DNA of 63,788 nt from Gracilinanus agilis (taxonomy: Eukaryota), in contig NC_058133.1 of assembly GCF_016433145.1 (NCBI RefSeq), positions 275,601,643 through 275,665,430 of the forward strand. The letters run 5' to 3'. Below, one piece after another: positions 35,246 through 46,460 of the stretch. The notes beneath the pieces were generated by a model. The model did no database searches. It saw only the letters and a list, made by a program, of their open reading frames with translations, and had not been told where the DNA came from. The position numbers and the translations under genes were made by a program. Positions within the stretch are counted from its first letter, which is position 1, and every line of letters begins with the position of its first letter.

Positions 35246-35589
35246 CTGAAACCAGAAAAAGCTAAATTTGTTCCCTAGTCTATCCTATTCTTTCTCAAAT
35301 TCTCCCTTTGAACATGTGCAAGGTAATGCCTCCCTCAAAAGAGTAGTAGAAATAGTCCATGTACCTCATAGTAAGTTTTCTCATTTGCCTCTTCTCAGGA
35401 GGAAAGCCACTGCTGCCAAGGGGCTTGTCCTCCTGGATATGAGCTGGGTCAACTTCAGGAAGGCATGCTCAATTTCATTTCCCACTCTAGTCATCTGAGA
35501 CATTCTGGCTAATGTGTACCACATCCTTAACCCCTCCCACTACTCCAACTTAAAGCCATCCTTCACCTAATATCCAAAGGCTCACTTAC

Positions 35590-35723
35590 CCAGGATGAAG
35601 TCGTGGCCGAAGGACATCACAGAGTTGTGTCACTAAAGCCTCCAATCCTGGAGGGGACAGGCTGCTCCAGAGACTTTGTCCCTCAGAAGGGAGCCACGGT
35701 ACAAAGCTCATAGTAGAACCTAC
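35590..35723 (-). CDS. PEX6: PEX6 exon 5
   Basis: [44 protein letters not shown]; 134 nt. Confidence 0.96.
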
Positions 35724-35813
35724 CTGTATCATAATGAGAGAGGGGCTTCAAGTACAGCATTCTCTGTCCCAACCTTTCCACTCCACCTTTCCCCTTCCCA
35801 AAGGCCTTCTTAC

Positions 35814-35916
35814 CAGGTACAAGGAAGTGTGGGTTGTATCAGCCAGATATGCAGTGGTTGGTTTTTCTGGGGCCTCTCCAATAGTTGTCTTTACTTTGAA
35901 GAACAGAAAAGGCCAC
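35814..35916 (-). CDS. PEX6: PEX6 exon 4
   Basis: [34 protein letters not shown]; 103 nt. Confidence 0.96.
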
Positions 35917-36299
35917 CTGTAGAATGAAAGCAGAGCAAATCCCAAGTTTATACATAGGTAATGTATTTTTGAAAAGGAAAACCAAATGATACTAAGCCCA
36001 TTTTTCAGATAGGAAAAATTAAATCTCAATCAATTGTGATTAGTCTAAGTTGCTGGCAGTAAATTAGCAGCCAAGAACTCAGATTTCTTGACCTTCAGCT
36101 CAGAATTCAAAATTGTTTGTCCACATAGGATAAGGATACTCCCATAGTTCTCAGGCTATAATGCCCAACTCCTGTTAGTGAAAAAGAGGAAAAGAAATGG
36201 TTCCAGAAGACTATGAGGAAAGGGAGGAGAGAGTTTAGTATTTTACGTGAGGAGACCCTGGTTTTTATGACTTTTATGACACTTTATACTCAACAGTGC

Positions 36300-36620
36300 T
36301 TATGGTAAAAGGCCAGAACATAAGACAAACTTTTTGTAATTATTACTCCTAAATTGAATATCTGATCTGGCATGTTTAACCTGGGATCATAGTTATTCTA
36401 AAACATTTTGAGTCCTGACATTTAATGGGAATAAACATAAATATGCCTGTATAGTCCATGAGGATTATAAGGGTTGTTATAAGACCACCTCAGATAGAGG
36501 ATACTCTTGACCTAATTAAGTGAAAAAAGTCAAACAACTAGAATATATCTGGATACTGCTGGAATATAAGTGAGTTGTGTTAAAGAGTAGAAGGTGAGAG
36601 AGACTTGTGGGCAGCCTCAG
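36300..36620. mobile_element. Probable L3/CR1 relic in PEX6 intron 3
   Basis: Degenerate similarity to CR1 3' ORF2 DNA (tttaatgggaataaa..., taagaccacctcag). Confidence 0.35.
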
Positions 36621-36969
36621 TCTTTAAAATTCTATACTAAGCAGCTCAGAGCTTCCTAAAACTATCCTCAAAGAGAAGATCTAAATCATTCATTGCTACT
36701 TGTATTACAGAGTAAAGTATGTCTTCATCTCTCTTTCTCCCCCTTAGAGTCTCCTAAGCAGAAAGGGGCAAACTTCCCTTTCCCAAACTAAGCTCAATAC
36801 CTCAAAGAGAGGTAAATCTATAGCATTTTAATAGCTGAGGTACAAAAACAGAGCTGATATAGGAATCACAGACTCTGAGGCCTTTAGGCTCAATTTTGCA
36901 TTTAAGAGTCTACAGTATTATTATGGAAAGCCCGTTCAATAACAGTTAGTAGTTCAACTTAAGATGTAT

Positions 36970-37787
36970 GGTGGAAGCAGTTAGGTAGCAGAGTAGGTAG
37001 GAGCACCAGGCCTGGAGTCAAGAGGACCTGGGTTCAAATATGGCTTCAAACACTTCCTAGCTGTGTGACCCTGCACAAATCACTTAAACCCAATTTACCT
37101 AGCCCTTACTGCTTTTCTTTGTCCCTTAGACAAAAAGTGAAGGTTTAAAAAAATAAACAAATAAGATGTATGGTGCTTACTTATTGTTCCTCAAACCTGG
37201 CATTCCAACTCTAATTCTACATGCCTTTTTTTTTTTTTAAACCCTTGTACTTTTCGGTGTATTGTCTCATAGGTGGAAGATTGGTAAGGGTGGGCAATGG
37301 GGGTCACGTGACTTGCCCAGGGTCACACAGCTGGGAAGTGGCTGAGACTGGGTTTGAACCTAGGACCTCCTGTCTCTAGGCCTGACTCTCACTCCACTGA
37401 GCTACCCAGCTGCCCTCCACATGCCTTTTAAAACTAGATATGTCTGGGGGGCAGCTAGGTGGCTCAGTGGATGGAGAGTCAGGCCTAGAGGTGGGAGGTC
37501 CTAGGTTCAAATCTGACCAAAGACACTTCCCAGCTGTGTGACCCTGAGCAAGTCACTTAATCCCCATTGCCTTTAAAAAAATAAAAATTTAAAAAATTAA
37601 AAAAAAAACTAGACATGTCTGGGAGTAGCTAGATCGCTCAGTGGATTGAGAGCCAGGCCTAGAGGTGGGAGGTCCTAGGTTCAAATCTATTGCCTAGCCC
37701 TTATCGCTATTCTGCCTTAGAGCCAATACTCAGCATTGATTCTAAAATGGAAGGTAAGGGTTTAAAAAAAGCAAACTAGACATGTCT
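36970..37787. mobile_element. Cluster of four opossum-type SINEs in PEX6 intron 3
   Basis: SINE copies at ~36970-37150 (+), ~37226-37417 (-), ~37447-37605 (+) and ~37621-37770 (+), with shared flanking duplications. Confidence 0.85.
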
Positions 37788-40700
37788 AAAAGAAAACCCA
37801 TGTTTCTCCTCAAACCTACCCCTCTTCTACACTTCCCAATTTCTGTAGCTAGTAGCCACCCAGGTTCCCAACCTCAGTCATCCTTGACTCCTTACCCTCC
37901 TGACCTCACATTGCCAATTAATTGCCTCCATAAGATCCCTGGTATCCATCCCCTTGTTGTGTGCTAACATTTATGCAGCATATTATTTGATATTCACAAC
38001 AACCCTGTGAGGTAAGTGCTATTATTATCCCCATCTTACCAACGAAAAAACTAAGAATGGCAGGAGTTAAGTGACTTGTCACACAGCTAATTAAGTATCT
38101 AAGGCAAAATTTAAACTCAAGTCTTCTGAACTCCAGATCCAGCATTTTATCCCCTATGCTGCTTAGCTGCCTCCCAAAGATACCACCCTAGTTCAGCTTG
38201 CAACTGAATGAAAAAAGTTTCTAATAGGCCTCCCTGCCTCAAATCTCTCCCCACTCCAATCTTATCTTTCACACAGCTACCAAACTGATTCTCCTAAAGC
38301 ATATGACCTTTCCTTGCTCAATAAGTTCCAGAAACACAAGGGCACATCTAATAGCAAATATGAACTTTTTTGGATGGTATTTAAAGACCTCCACAACCTA
38401 ACCCCAAACCTCCTTTTCCAACATTATTCTATGCTACACCCCTTCTTGAACTATCTGGTCCAGCCAAACTAGTCTCCTTGCCATTCCTCACACAAAACAC
38501 TCCATTTCCCATTTCTATACTCTTCCATTGGCTACCTCAGTGCCTGGAATGAACTCCCCCTTTATCTCTGTCTCTTAGGATCCCTAGTCTTCTTCCAGAC
38601 TTAGCTCAATTGCCACCCTCTTCTCTATGAATGAAGCCTTTCCTCATTTCCTCAGGTGGTAGTGCTGCTCCATTCCTGTATTCCCCCAAATCAGGTTGGA
38701 TAAGCGCTCTACAGGCATCGACTATTCCATTTTGGTCTTTGTATCACAAGCACCCAGCCCAGTGCCTGGTATATAGTAAGCAACTAATAAATGCTTGTTG
38801 ACCAATACATTCCTTCACCTCTGCCCTTTTAAAATGTTTAACTCAGTTGCTATCTCCTATAAGAATTTTCCTGACCTGCCTAGTTCCTTCTCCCTCAAAT
38901 TACCTTGTTTCAATTATCTGACATCTCCAAATCACACAGTTACCAAAATGATTATTTCTAATGCACAGGTCTGACCACATCACTACCTTACTCAATAAGC
39001 TTCAATGGCTCCCTGTTACCTCCACAAAAACAAATAATATTCCTTCCTGGTGTTTAAAGCCCTTTGATCTACCTCAGCTTCAACCTACTCTTTCACAGGC
39101 TTATCATATATTACTTCCATGGATCAACCAAACTGGCCTTCTTGCACATGAGTTCCATCTCCCTGCCTTTGCACATACTGTCCCTCCTTCTGCTGAAAAT
39201 GTACTGCCTCTTCGACTCTTTTAGAATTCCTACTTTTCCTCAAAACTCAGCTCAAGAGCCATCTCTTCTATGAATGAGGCCTTTTCTGATCCCCTAGCTG
39301 CTAGTGTCTCCTCCTTGAAATGATCTTGTCTTTATTTATTTAAAAACTCCTACTTTCCATCTTAGAATCAAGATCAAGTATCATTTCCAAGGCAGAAAAG
39401 CAGTAAGGACCAGGCAACTGGGGTCAAGTGACTTGCCCAGGGTCACCTTGCTAGGAAGTATCTGAGGCTAGATTGGAACTCATCTCTAGGCTTAGCTCTC
39501 TACCCAATAAGCCACCTTGCTGCCCCTTTGTTTTTATTTTTATACTTATGTGCAAACGTGCTGTGTCCCACATACCCCTTCCGCAGGCAACAAAGCCTAA
39601 GCTTCTGGGGTCAAGGTTTGCTTCACTTCTGTCTCTATAGATCCAGCACGTGGCCCAGCATGTACTTAATGCCAGTTGAAGACAGCATACCCTTTAAGCA
39701 GAATGCAAGCTCCTTGAGGGAAGGGTCTATTTTCATCTTTGTCTTTGCATCCTGCTTCCTAGTACAGCGTCTTATACATAGCAAGTACAAAACAAACACT
39801 TGTTGGAGTTGAAAAGGACTTATTTTCACACTCCTATTTTTATTTCCAAAGGCTGGTCTTATGACGGAGCATGACTGTAGTATGGTTTGAGAAACCACTG
39901 AGGGGAAGTGCCTGCAGTGGAGAGAACAGAGAGTGCAAGACCCTATACTGGGCCCTCCCAATACTGTCAGGTCTCTCTCCTGGGGTCATTCCCCAAGGTC
40001 AGCATGGAAGGCTATGTCAGAGCACCTGACATAGCTGGACTGTCAGGTAACTACTGAGTGTAAACACTCTAACAAACAATCTCCACAGAGAACAAAGGCC
40101 AGGGCCCAGGACCACTAATGAGTCGTGTAGCTGAAGCTGCTGCCAGAATCTCCCTGGAACAGGACAATGGCCGTTGTGTCAAAGCACTAAACTCTTTAGT
40201 CCTGCATACTATATGACCTTGGACAAATAACTACTCCAGGAAGAAAAATGAAGCAATCCTTATCTTTGACATGGCTGGTTCAAGGCCTGAGAGTTCCCCC
40301 AGATCTTGTTGTGTCACATAATTCCAAATGTTTCTGCCTTTTAAAAAAGCATTTAAACTCTGTTATAAACATGCCATTCAATCAACATTTGCTGAGGGTT
40401 TACAATGACAAGGAAAGGCATTAAATTAATGCCAGTACTCCAAGGTAGATGACTGGCTAGAGAAGAAACTCCCCTTCTAGGCAAGGGCCCAAACTAGACT
40501 CAAATTTGGCACTGTTCTTGCCTTATTTTATACATGAAAGCAATGAGACCTAGGGACAGTACTAAATTCATCTAATAATGATCACACAGTCAGTAAGCAT
40601 AATTCCATTATGCTGATCCCTAACTTTCTGTTGTATAGGGTAGAGAAGAAGAGAAAAGCCATTCTCTCAACAGCAAATATCATTTCTTCTTTAGGATGGA

Positions 40701-41005
40701 CTCAAGGAACAGCATATGTCTCTTTCTTACCTAACAGATTCCAAGTTTTGATTTACCTTGTGTCATATATATATTTAAGGAAAGGGCGACAATTCAGGAA
40801 GACACATTAGGCCAATGATGAAAAAACAGTGGAGTTTAGAAGAGAAACTTCAGTCCTAGGTCCAGAAAAGGCACAAGGGCCAAAGTTTTCAAGTAATTCT
40901 TAACATATAAGTTCAACAACAAGGACACCATGTCACCCAAACTTCAGGGTAAAAGTACTGTAGACTTAGTAACAGGTTCTCAAGGTTTAGGATAGAGCTG
41001 CATAC

Positions 41006-41089
41006 CTGAATAGTTTCTCTGGGCTTCTTTCCAAGACTTCTGCTTGCCCAACTGTTGGCACACACAGAATATCCCCTTCCTGGACTACC
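41006..41089 (-). CDS. PEX6: PEX6 exon 3
   Basis: [27 protein letters not shown]; 84 nt. Confidence 0.96.
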
Positions 41090-41507
41090 CTGTAACACAA
41101 CAGCAGTCCCAGTGAGCTCATAACTGGAGATTGGTGACATGGTAAACTATCTTTTGGGGGCAAATTGTCCACCCAGAGATAAGCCTAGTACTGGAATGGA
41201 CTGGAGGGAGATGAAACTCTAGGAAGACTGAGACAATGAGAAAGAAAGTAGTATAAGTCTTCCAGAGCTAACTAAGAGATCCAGTGGGTTTCTTTTAGAG
41301 TGCCCATTCTCCTACATGATAGATGAGCTCCCTCTTTCATTACATCCCCAGTATCCCAACCAGTTCTCCACCTCAGTATTTCTTAAAATGCAGCTTCAAT
41401 AATCAAATGAACATGTCTAAATCTGGGGTTCAGGAAAGAAGATATGGAACATCAGATTCTGCTTCTACAAGAGGTAAACATCTTTTTGTATGGGTTAAGG
41501 AGCTAAC

Positions 41508-41671
41508 CTGGGGGTCTCAAAGTGCTGATAAAGAGCCTGGTCATAGTTGCCACTGGCGCTGTAGTGGGGGGAGGACACAATTTCAATTTGCAGCTCTCTG
41601 GCAAATGGAGGCCCAGACAGTACTGAGCTGCTTCCTCTGTTCTCAGGACTCCTGAATCCTTCAGAGTATCT
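41508..41671 (-). CDS. PEX6: PEX6 exon 2
   Basis: [54 protein letters not shown]; AG/GT; 164 nt. Confidence 0.95.
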
Positions 41672-43311
41672 CTATTAGAGAAACAATCAACATTTTACAG
41701 TCTTCCTTTTACAGAATAACTAAACTATAATTTCTTTGTGGGAAAGGCTATTGCTTAAACATCAGTTTCGTGACCATGGGTAAATAACATCTCTGAGCCT
41801 CAGTTTCTTCACCTATAAAATGGAGGTAATATCTACAGTAATTATCTCACAGATGTATGAGATTAAAATGAAATAATGTAAAACACTTTACAAACCTTCA
41901 AGTGCTATAGATATGAGTTATCATTGTTGTTATTCACTTCTATCCATTAATCCACATTTTAAGGCAAGCAGAAAGATGATGTGATATGAAATCTGGGAAA
42001 ACAGAATCAATGATCTCCAAGACCATCCCTAAGGATGCCCCTAGGAACAGAAATCCTTATCAAAATGTACCTATAGAAGCTGTGTCTTTTTCTTCTTTGA
42101 ATACAATATCACTCTGATTCTTCATTTTAGTTTTTTTAATATCCCTGATTGAGACCATGACTCTCAAAATCTCTCTCATATCCTCAGGCAGTTTAATGCT
42201 AGTAGAAGTATCAGGTCTTAATAGATAATTGGGGTGTATAAATTGGGTGTAGCTCATGTGATTGGCCTGGGAGGAACTTAAGGTTCAATTTATTCAGGAT
42301 AATAGTAAAAAGGCAAGAACTCAGTAAGATTGCTGGGGTTCTACAGAATGATTAGCATAAGAACTGCAAGTACTATATGCTCTTCTCCCTCCAGTTTCTT
42401 CCTTTACCCACTTAAAAGTCACTGCATAATCTCTATGACACTTAGAGATCAGAGTCCAATTACCTCATTTTACAGAGAAGGAAACTGAGACACAAAGATG
42501 AAAAAATATTAAGTAGGAAAACTGGGTAGAACGCTCAGCTCTAAATCCAGAAAAGAGCATAAAGGTCCAGTGGTTCAAGTAATTTTTAATGCATTATTCC
42601 AATAACAGAGACACAAACTTCAAATTCATGACTGTTTTTACTGGGCTAAGACATTTCTCCTTTTTGACCTTCAGTATAAGTTATTGCCTGTACTATATTA
42701 GATATTTAATTCAATTTAATCTTGCAGAGTAAGTAGATCTTGAGACAACCATTTCCCCAAATAAGCTATACAAGCCTGAAAGCAGTAATCTTCCACAGCT
42801 TCTCAGACAATATTAAGCACAGTTTAAGTGATAGTTCTAAATACTATTCACACATGACAATTCAATTTTTTTTAAACCCTTACCTTCCCTCTTAGAATCA
42901 ATACACATTGGTTCCAAGGCAGAAGAGCTTTACCGCCAGGCAATGAAGGGTTAAGTGACTTGCCCAGGATCACAAAGCTCTAAGTGTCTGAGGCTAAATT
43001 TGAAAAAGGGCCTCCTGTCTCTATACCTGGCTCTCAATCCACTGAGCCACCTATGGGCACCCTCTCAGCTCCCATGATAATTCTTAAATTAATTTCAAAC
43101 TTCCACCTGAAGAGCTACCAAGCTGATATGTATATGGGTATATATATATGTTATATATTGACATATACATTCATCTCACCTTAACCCTATTAAGATAGTG
43201 ATCTCATTGTATAGAAATGGAAATCAAAGCAAGGAATCCGATTCAAAGGGATCCAGGGGTCTTGTTTCCTATGTAAATAGGAACTCAATAAAAGTCAAAA
43301 TTGGGCCCTAC

Positions 43312-44229
43312 CTGAATGCTGAGCTCCCCGATATTCAGGGGTTCACAGGAGAGATTGAAAGCCAGATTGGCAGGCACTAGAGCCACTCCGTCGGCAAGGG
43401 GCTCTCCCAGCTCCGGAGAACCGGGTCCCAGCTTCTCGGAGAGATTCCAGCGAGGGTCCTGGACTTGCATCTTGGCCAGGTGAGGCCGGGGGGTCTGTTC
43501 CCCTTCTCTGACCGGAGTCACCCATACCCACTCGCCCTGGAAGAGCCCAAGACCCCTCAGGCAGCTCCTGCTGACCCCAAGCGCCTCCCCGGTCCCGCCC
43601 AGGATGCCCCGCAGCCGCCGGGGCACGCTCGGGGCCGCGAACGAGGACACCACGGGCGGGGCGGGCAGCGGGGGATGGCTGTCCCCGGGCAGCTGGCCCG
43701 CTTTAGAGCCCCGTCCCCGGAGCTCGGTCACTGCCAGCCGCGTACCGGGGCCCAGCAGTCCTTGCAGCGCCGGCCGCGTCTCCAGCACCCGGGGACCGAG
43801 CGCAGGCAATGCCTCTCCCCGCCGCACGAGCACCGGCCCGGCTCGCGGGCCTGTCCCGGAGCCCGAGCCTGGCGCGGCGCCCAGCAAGGCCCAGCCCAAC
43901 GCCGGGGGACGGCGCACCGGCCGGGCCCGCACTCGCGCGCCAGAACCCAGCGCCAGGAGTCTCAGCAGCGTGCGGCTCACCAGGAGCTCTGGGGGTCCGG
44001 GCTCCGGCTCCAGCTCCGGCCCTGGCTCTGGTCCCGGCCCCTCGTCTGGGCCTTCCAGCGCAGCCACCAAGAGCGCCGGCCCCGTCGGCCCCGCCCCCGC
44101 GGGCCTCAGAGCTAGCACCAGGCCTGCCGGCCCAGCCGCCGGCCACGGACCCCCGGGCGGCAGCAGCACTGCCAGCGGAGGAGCCTCGGCCGGGAAGGGC
44201 TCTAGAGCTCGCAGCACGGCTAGCGCCAT
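43312..44229 (-). CDS. PEX6: PEX6 (peroxisomal AAA ATPase) exon 1
   Basis: [30 protein letters not shown]...[12 protein letters not shown] |gtaggg; 918 nt; full CDS 2982 nt = 993 aa. Confidence 0.96.
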
Positions 44230-44460
44230 GAGTACAGTGACCCCGGCGTAGGAAGAACGACCGTGCTCCCTCTTTCTGAGCGCGAGAGAGGAGAGCGCAA
44301 CTGAGGAAGCCACAGATCAGCCGCAGAAGCGTAGCTTCCCGGTTCCCGTAGAAGGGGGAGGGGAACCAGGATAGGTAATGGGACTTCTGCGCAGACTCCG
44401 AAAGCCGAAGGCAGTCGACTGCGTGGAGAAAGAGCTTGACAGCTGTTACCATGGTCACTA
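43380..44460 (-). promoter_or_regulatory. PEX6 CpG island (exon 1 and promoter)
   Basis: High GC and CpG across exon 1 and the upstream flank. Confidence 0.8.
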
Positions 44461-44703
44461 GGGCTGCTTGTGCTTCTGCACCTGCGCCTATACCACTCTG
44501 ACTTGGCGGATACCACTATGGTCTTCGAGGGCAGTGGTACACTGCTGCCTGTTGAGCTAGTATTCGGTTCCTTTTCTTTTTTACCGAACTCTCCCAATTA
44601 TCATTTTGCTTTGGTGTCTTTGGCCTAATATGACCTTAATGACTGCTGACTGATTGATAAAATACTTTGTCTAGAAGCTAAATAATCTCCATTCCGCTAG
44701 CAA

Positions 44704-44734
44704 GAATGAATGAATGAATGAATGAATGAATGAA
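44704..44734. repeat. (GAAT)7 microsatellite at an L2 tail
   Basis: Perfect tetranucleotide run followed by an L2-type end (tttattaag..). Confidence 0.9.
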
Positions 44735-46084
44735 ACGTTTATTAAGCTCTTACCATCTGCTAAGCGCTGGTGACACAAATAGAAAACTGAGAAAGCCCTT
44801 GTTCTAAAGGTGCTTACGTTCTTCTAATGTGGGAACCAACACATAAGGAAGATTTCAACTAAAAGTCATATGGAAAGGACCCATAGTCCATAGGGGCAAA
44901 GCAAATGCCACTTCTTTTTTAGAAAAAAAAAATAATGTTTTCCCCAATTACATGTAATAAATTAAAATACCTTCTTAAATGTTATTTCCTCTGATGAAAT
45001 CTCAATTTCTATTGTAGAGCCATTTGACAATATCAAGGATTTTGATATCAATAACTTTCTTTTGAAGCAATGAGATGGCTCAGTGGATTAAGAACCAGGC
45101 TTAGAGATGGGAAGTCTTGGGTTCAGATCTGGTCTGAAACACTTCCTAGCTGTGTGACCCTAAGCAAGTCACTTAACTTCCTTTGCCTAACCCTTACTGC
45201 TCTTCTGACTTGGAACCAAGATTCTAAGACAGAAGGTGAGGGTTTAAAAAAAAAGAACTTTCCTCAGTCTTCAGAAGCTGTGGCTGCAGCACCTTAAGGA
45301 GCAGTTGTCAGGCTGCATCTCCACAGGAGCTGCTTCCCAAGATGATGGATAAAGACACTGGGATTGGAACATTACTATTTCCAAGGTTTTGGGGTTCAAG
45401 ATCTTGGGCCATCTCTCTCAGGGTCTGAGAGGAGATGGAGATGTTGGTCAAGGTAGTAGAGTGGTTTGATTGTCTGCCATATGTCACCTCCTGTCTCTTC
45501 CTCAAAGTGCTTGGCTGCTTGAAGGATGCTGGCTTGTCTACACTGTGTGTGATATCTGGTGAGGATGGCTAGACCCTTCTCCAAAGGTGTTGCTTTCCCG
45601 GATGAGGACTTATAGGACTGGGTAGAAATAGGATCAGTGGTCTGGGAGGTGCTGCAACTCCCAGGGCTCCTACGAGATTGCTAATGGGAATTGGTTAGCA
45701 GCTTTTGCTGGTGGTTATGAGGAAGATAGGCCACATCTCTATAAGGATTTCTCTACTCAGTGATAACTGTGAAGAAGCAAGTCCAGTGGGCTGGGAGCTT
45801 TTCCCAAGGCTCCTAGGCTCAGGATCCTGAGTCATCTCCTTCAGGATCTAATGATCACTGTAAGTTTCCTAAGGTCAGGGAACTTGTTCTTGTGTGTGTA
45901 TTCCCAACTATACATCCCAAATATATATTTAAAATATTCAAGTAGATTTCTTATTTCATGAAACAGAGAGTCCCTAAATGGTCAAATCAATCAACTATCA
46001 AGAATTTATTAAATATCCAGTATGTGTCAAGAACTGCACTATTATGCACCAAAAATACAAAGGCACATTAAATACTGCAGTGAT

Positions 46085-46460
46085 TGCTCTTAAAGAATGA
46101 CAATCCAAATCTCAACCCGTTCATCCTCTGTACAGTTCCTATCTATGTTCTCTCATAAATTTGCCATGGAAGTCTACCCAGCCTTCTTAGATTTCTCTTG
46201 ACGTCAAGAGATTACCAGTGGAACATTCAAGCTGTCCACAGAGTTGTCCACCTGTTGTCTCTATTTCTTGTCATGGCACTCAGCCTGTCTGCCTTTCTGC
46301 TCATACATTTTCCTGAAGATATCTTTTACTCTATTTCTTCCAAGTTGCTTTTTGTTAAATGTTGTACCAGCTCACACCCACTGTGCACCTTTCCATTCCC
46401 TTTTGTGTGAAACTTATTTTAAATTCTTTGGATGCTTTAGTGTTCCATGACTCACATCTA
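46085..46460 (-). mobile_element. RTE-clade LINE relic (RT C-terminal region)
   Basis: Minus strand reads ..RNRDNRWTT..VPLV/HW..KR.., like the RTE 'R..D.RWT..V..W.P...KR' end. Confidence 0.55.

Noticed and set aside
35718-35725. AG|GTAGGT recursive-splice-like start of PEX6 exon 5
   Set aside because: Explained by the Val-Gly codons; the flanking introns are short, unlike known recursive sites.
42060-42257. 65-aa minus-strand ORF in PEX6 intron 1
   Set aside because: No recognisable homology or splice support; likely chance or a decayed repeat.
44230-44313. 28-aa N-terminal extension of PEX6 in the ORF track
   Set aside because: Starts at GTG (44313), not ATG; the conserved MALAVL start is at 44229.
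43465-44458. Long overlapping ORFs (140-251 aa) on both strands over PEX6 exon 1
   Set aside because: Expected stop-poor shadow frames of a very GC-rich coding exon; low-complexity G/A/P/R products.
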